Shown: piece by piece, positions 60,188 to 64,000 of the stretch | Layout of the letters: each line of letters opens with the position of its first letter | How positions within the stretch are numbered: the first letter of the stretch is position 1 | Source: Candidatus Dadabacteria bacterium UBA1144 | Lineage (GTDB): Bacteria > Desulfobacterota_D > UBA1144 | Length of the DNA stretch: 64,000 bases | Assembly: GCA_002311855.1 (NCBI GenBank) | Contig: DCAB01000012.1 | Location: 462,063 to 526,062 of the forward strand | Direction: 5' to 3' | The notes under the pieces: generated by a model | Told to the model about the DNA's origin: nothing | The model's database searches: none | Seen by the model: only the letters and a program-made list of their open reading frames with translations | Translations under genes and position numbers: made by a program

Positions 60188-61068
60188 AGATTTGGAATCA
60201 GTTCTTCACTTAAGATTTGCATCGTCTCTATTGTCTCGTTTTTATTTGGTGTTATAAAATCTAGTACAACTTCCTTTATTCTTAAATCTCCATAAGACAA
60301 TATTTTTTCGAAAATCTCTTCTTTTGAACCTATTAAAGCAGAGGGTGGATGATCATCAGTACCCCTGTGGGCTGTAAGCTGTATTCTGTTTCTAAGAGAG
60401 ATATCAAAATCATCTATATTGATACTCTTTTCACCTGCAATTTTATGCAGAAAGGAAATCTTATCTCTCAATTCATTCGTGCTAAACCATATGGGTTGCC
60501 ATCCATCCGCATGCTCAAGCGCTCTTTCGATTACATGATCTGAGTTGCCACCCATCCAAATTGGCAATTTCTTTTGCTTGGGTTTTGGATAAAAAGTGAC
60601 ATCGGAGAAAGAGTAGTAATTACCTTTAAAGGTGGATGGATGATTTTCCCAGAGGTTCTTGATTAATTGAATATATTCAATTGTTCGATCCGTCCTTCCT
60701 TCAAAAGGTACATTCAGCACTTGAAATTCTTCCTCCATCCATCATATTGCAACGGTAGAAATTAGCCGACCTCCCGAAAAATGATCCAGAGTTGACATCA
60801 TTTTAGCTAAGATAATAGGATTCCTGTAAGGTAATATTGCAGCACTCGTTCCTATTGATATTTTTTTCGTATTTTGAGAAATTGCAGTGAGAATTATGAA
60901 GGGATCGGGAAAGATATCAGCAAATCTACCCCTCCATTCCTTAGGAATAACAACATGGTCGCTCGCCCATACAGATTTAAAACCTAATTCCTCGGCTTTA
61001 ATAGCAATCTCGAGTTGGTCCTCAAGATTGATATTTGCTAGAATTGGAAGGGCAATACCTAAATCCAT
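60184..61068 (-). pseudogene. Luciferase-like (LLM class) flavin/F420-dependent oxidoreductase interrupted by one in-frame TGA
   Basis: ORFs 60742..61068 (N-terminal part, ...SVWASDHV...DHFSGGRLISTVAI*) and 60184..60738 (WMEEEFQVLNVPFEGRTDRTIEYIQLIKNLW...) are in the same frame. They are separated only by the TGA at 60742-60744 plus a TGG. Together they give one ~293-codon LLM-type protein. Confidence 0.7.
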
Positions 61069-61149
61069 TTTACTTATTGAACCGAAATTTAATTTTTTGT
61101 CAATAATTCATTTATAATTAAATGAAAATTTACTATCAATGTGTTTGTT

Positions 61150-62880
61150 ATGAATAAAAATAAATCTCTTTTTTCATTAATTGGTAAGCACAAAAAAAAT
61201 GTTTTTTTTGGCGTCATTGGTCTTACTATGGTAGATGCCATAATGTTGCTTATCCCAATAATAGTTGGCAACGTAATTACTCAATTGTCAGAAATGGAAT
61301 CATCGGCAATATCAATAAATATAATAAATAAGTCAGCTTTGTACCTGTTGGTATGTGGAGTTGTTATGGCTTTTTTCAGATTTGTTTGGAGATATTTTCT
61401 AATGGGAACCGCGAGAAGGATTGAAAGAGACCTAAGGGAGGAATATTTCTTAAGACTTCAAAGACTTCCAATGAAATTCTTTAATAATTACAACGCGGGA
61501 GATTTGATGGCAAGAGGCGTTAATGATATAGAGACTATCAAAATGGCATGTGGCTTTGGAATAGTTGTTGCATATGATGGAATTGTTTTACTTGCATTTA
61601 TATTCGTATGCATGTTTTTGATTTCACCTGAATTTACAATATACGCATCTTTACCTTTTATATTAATGTCTTTTTTTATTATCAAATATGGACATGCGAT
61701 TGAACGTCTTTTTTTGAATGTCCAAAAATCATTTTCTAAATTGACTGAAGAAACTAGGAGAATTATATTTTCAATTAAAGTTATAAAATCATTAAATGAT
61801 CAAAAAAACCAAATTGATAAATTTACGTTAAGAAGCAAATCCTATGAATCCGAAAATATGAAATTGATTAAGATTTGGGCTGGCTATCAACCTGTCATAA
61901 CTTTTATGGCTGGAATATCGATATTGGTTCTAATTTTCGTGGGAAGCAATATGGTTCTTGAGGGGAAAATCACAATTGGTAATTTTTCATCATTAATGGT
62001 TTATCTTACTATGCTTAGTTGGCCGGTAATAGCGATGGGGCTCGCTGTAGATTATTTAAAACGAGGTACTGCATGTATTACAAGAGTCCAAGAGATTATA
62101 AGCGAATCGGAAGAAGATGATGAATCAGCTCTGAAAAATATTGATAATATAGAAAAAATTGAGTTAAGAAATGTAAATTTTTCATACAATGATTCAGCCA
62201 GATTAAAAAATCTTTCTTTCACAATTGAGAAGAGTTCCAATTTAGGTATAACTGGTAAAACTGGTTCTGGTAAATCGACTTTGTTAAGTTTAATTCTGAA
62301 ATTTAACAAAGCTAGAAATATATACATAAACGATATTGAAATAAATTTAATTAATAAATCATCGATAAGGTCTAAAATTTTATATGTTCCACAGGAACCT
62401 ATAATTTTTTCAGGAATATTAAGAGAAAATGTGAGTTTTTTTGAAAATAATGTTGATGAAGAAAAAGTTATTCAATGCCTAGGGATTTCAAATTTTTTGA
62501 AAGATTTAAACAATATGCCAGACGGGTTAGATACTATTATTGGCGAAAGAGGGCTAAATCTTTCAGGGGGGCAACGTCAAAGACTATCTTTGGCAAGAGC
62601 GCTATATCAGAATCCTGAGGTATTGATATTGGATGATACGTTGTCGTCTTTAGATGTTGAAACGGAACTATCAATTCTTAGAAATCTTAAAAAGCATTTT
62701 AGCGATAGAATACTTATCGTTGTCTCCTCAAGGATATCCACGATTTATTCTTTTGAAAATATTCTGGTTCTTGATAATGGAGAAATAATACAAAGCGGTA
62801 ATGCGAATCATTTAGAGAACGATGAAGGCCTATTTAAAGATTTAGTAAAAATTCAAAAAATATTACCGAGTGAGAATTAA
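61150..62880 (+). CDS. ABC exporter half-transporter (TMD-NBD) with a degenerate nucleotide-binding site
   Basis: ORF 61141..62880 (GTG) trimmed to the ATG at 61150. Six-helix TMD, Walker A GKTGSGKST and signature LSGGQRQR. Walker B reads LILDDT (Asp where the catalytic Glu is expected) and the H-loop reads VSSRIST (Ser where His is expected). Confidence 0.88.
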   Translation: MNKNKSLFSLIGKHKKNVFFGVIGLTMVDAIMLLIPIIVGNVITQLSEMESSAISINIINKSALYLLVCGVVMAFFRFVWRYFLMGTARRIERDLREEYFLRLQRLPMKFFNNYNAGDLMARGVNDIETIKMACGFGIVVAYDGIVLLAFIFVCMFLISPEFTIYASLPFILMSFFIIKYGHAIERLFLNVQKSFSKLTEETRRIIFSIKVIKSLNDQKNQIDKFTLRSKSYESENMKLIKIWAGYQPVITFMAGISILVLIFVGSNMVLEGKITIGNFSSLMVYLTMLSWPVIAMGLAVDYLKRGTACITRVQEIISESEEDDESALKNIDNIEKIELRNVNFSYNDSARLKNLSFTIEKSSNLGITGKTGSGKSTLLSLILKFNKARNIYINDIEINLINKSSIRSKILYVPQEPIIFSGILRENVSFFENNVDEEKVIQCLGISNFLKDLNNMPDGLDTIIGERGLNLSGGQRQRLSLARALYQNPEVLILDDTLSSLDVETELSILRNLKKHFSDRILIVVSSRISTIYSFENILVLDNGEIIQSGNANHLENDEGLFKDLVKIQKILPSEN

Positions 62881-62883
62881 TAT

Positions 62884-64000
62884 ATGACAAGAGATAGAAA
62901 TATATTGGGATGGTTGCTATCTTTTTCTAAACTTTTTAGAAATTGGCTTATTATAGCTTTTCTTTCTATGATATTAGTCGCTTCTTTTGAGATTGCAATC
63001 CCATACAAAATAAAAGAAATCGTTGATGGATTAATTTCAAATGAAATAGATAAAGAAATAATTGTTTCTATCTCGACTCACGTTTTATTATTAATTTCCG
63101 GCATATTAATATTTAGTGCAATTTTTAGCTACATACTAAATATTACTGGTCAAAAGATAATGCATGAAATAAGGCAAAGTACCTTTGACCATATCGTCTC
63201 ATTACCTCAATCTTTTTTTGACAAGCAAGATGTGGGAAGAATAACTACGAGAATAACAAATGATGTAAATGCGCTTAACGAATTTTATACTAACGTCCTA
63301 GTTCAATTTTTAAAAGAGATATTAGTTTTGGTTGGAATATTGATAGTCATGTTTAGCTTTAACTCTTTCCTGGCTATGATGATCGTTGTTGTTAATATTT
63401 TTATCATCATATTTGCTTTGCTATACAAAAAAAGACTCAGAAGAGTTTATGCCAAGCTGAGACTGACTATAGCTCAGTTGAATTCTTTTATCAATGAATC
63501 AATTAGAGGAATGTCGCTATTAAAGATTTACAACAAAGAGAATATGAATTATTCCAGATTCCAAGAATATAGTAATCAGAATTATCAGGCAAATATGGAA
63601 CAGATGTATACTTTTGCGATTTTTAGACCTTTGATTGAGTTTATGTACGTATTCTCGGTAGCAATAGTAATTTGGATAGGGGGAGGATTGGTAGTAAATA
63701 ATTCTCTAACTATAGGAGCTTTATTGGCAATTGTCTTCTATATAAGAATGGTATTTAGACCAATCTTGGAGCTTGCCGATAAATACAACATTCTTCAATC
63801 AGCTCTTGCTGCTAGTGAAAATCTGTTTGCAATAATCCAAACCCCTTCAGAAAAGAATGGAACTAGAAAGTTCGATGGAAACTTTAAAAAAATTGACTTT
63901 AAAGATGTATCGTTTTCTTATGATGAAGATAATTGGGTACTCAAAGACTTTAATCTAGAAATCAAAAAGGGACAATCAATAGTCTTACTTGGTCCAACGG
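62884..64000 (+). CDS. ABC exporter half-transporter, partner subunit (partial, runs off the window)
   Basis: Hand translation from the ATG at 62884: MTRDRNILGWLLSFSKLFRNWLIIAF... It has an ABC-exporter TMD, and the start of the NBD (VSFSY...IKKGQSIVLLGPT) lies at the window edge. It starts 3 nt after the upstream ABC gene. Confidence 0.85.
   Translation, partial: MTRDRNILGWLLSFSKLFRNWLIIAFLSMILVASFEIAIPYKIKEIVDGLISNEIDKEIIVSISTHVLLLISGILIFSAIFSYILNITGQKIMHEIRQSTFDHIVSLPQSFFDKQDVGRITTRITNDVNALNEFYTNVLVQFLKEILVLVGILIVMFSFNSFLAMMIVVVNIFIIIFALLYKKRLRRVYAKLRLTIAQLNSFINESIRGMSLLKIYNKENMNYSRFQEYSNQNYQANMEQMYTFAIFRPLIEFMYVFSVAIVIWIGGGLVVNNSLTIGALLAIVFYIRMVFRPILELADKYNILQSALAASENLFAIIQTPSEKNGTRKFDGNFKKIDFKDVSFSYDEDNWVLKDFNLEIKKGQSIVLLGPT

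Noticed and set aside
60742-60744. In-frame TGA as selenocysteine or as evidence for an alternative genetic code (UGA = Gly or Trp)
   Set aside because: TGA functions as a stop with classic ATGA/GTGA start-stop overlaps at 37211-37214 and 37957-37960. I could not see a SECIS-like hairpin right after the codon, and the aligned position is a structural Gly rather than a redox Cys. A nonsense mutation or a sequencing error is more parsimonious. Kept as a finding only for verification.

Overview
AT-rich, very gene-dense bacterial chromosome segment: about 65 protein genes, 3 tRNAs, and many 1-30 nt gene overlaps. It looks like a streamlined diderm bacterium (beta-barrel porin, lipoprotein, TatA, sigma-54/NtrBC), but the lineage cannot be assigned from sequence alone. 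All product calls come from my reading of the supplied translations against remembered family motifs; no database search was run.

Content is mostly housekeeping:
- DNA repair and topology: uvrC, nth, recF, gyrA
- Nitrogen control: sigma-54 promoter-glnB-glnA, ntrB/ntrC
- Amino-acid biosynthesis: trpFBA, hisAF, dapF, proB, hom, an aminotransferase
- Translation and RNA: prfA, glyQS, miaB, rsmD, RNase G, RNase Y, RNase III
- Metabolism: ppdK, gpsA, coaD
- Methylmalonyl-CoA pathway pieces: epimerase, MeaB, a lone B12-binding subunit
- Futalosine-type menaquinone genes
- tRNA-Phe(GAA), tRNA-Gly(GCC), tRNA-Ala(GGC)

I saw no rRNA, CRISPR array, transposase, integrase or phage genes, and no clear-cut defence island.

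Most interesting observations:
1. A dnaX-type A_AAA_AAG slippery heptamer sits at the 3' end of a MoxR/RavA-like AAA+ gene. Its -1 frame stays open, without any ATG/GTG/TTG, across the whole 125-nt apparent intergenic gap into the downstream VWA gene. This points to a frameshift-generated or truly fused AAA+-VWA protein, or a homopolymer error.
2. A bacterial Cdc48/VAT-like double-AAA+ unfoldase lies in a tight operon with a DUF1460-like secreted protein and a helical unknown.
3. A translationally coupled XRE regulator / 2-TM sensor-like protein / lipoprotein operon lies next to tRNA-Phe.
4. Two tandem acyl-CoA synthetase paralogs sit directly upstream of the sigma-54-driven glnBA.
5. A luciferase-like oxidoreductase is interrupted by a single in-frame TGA.
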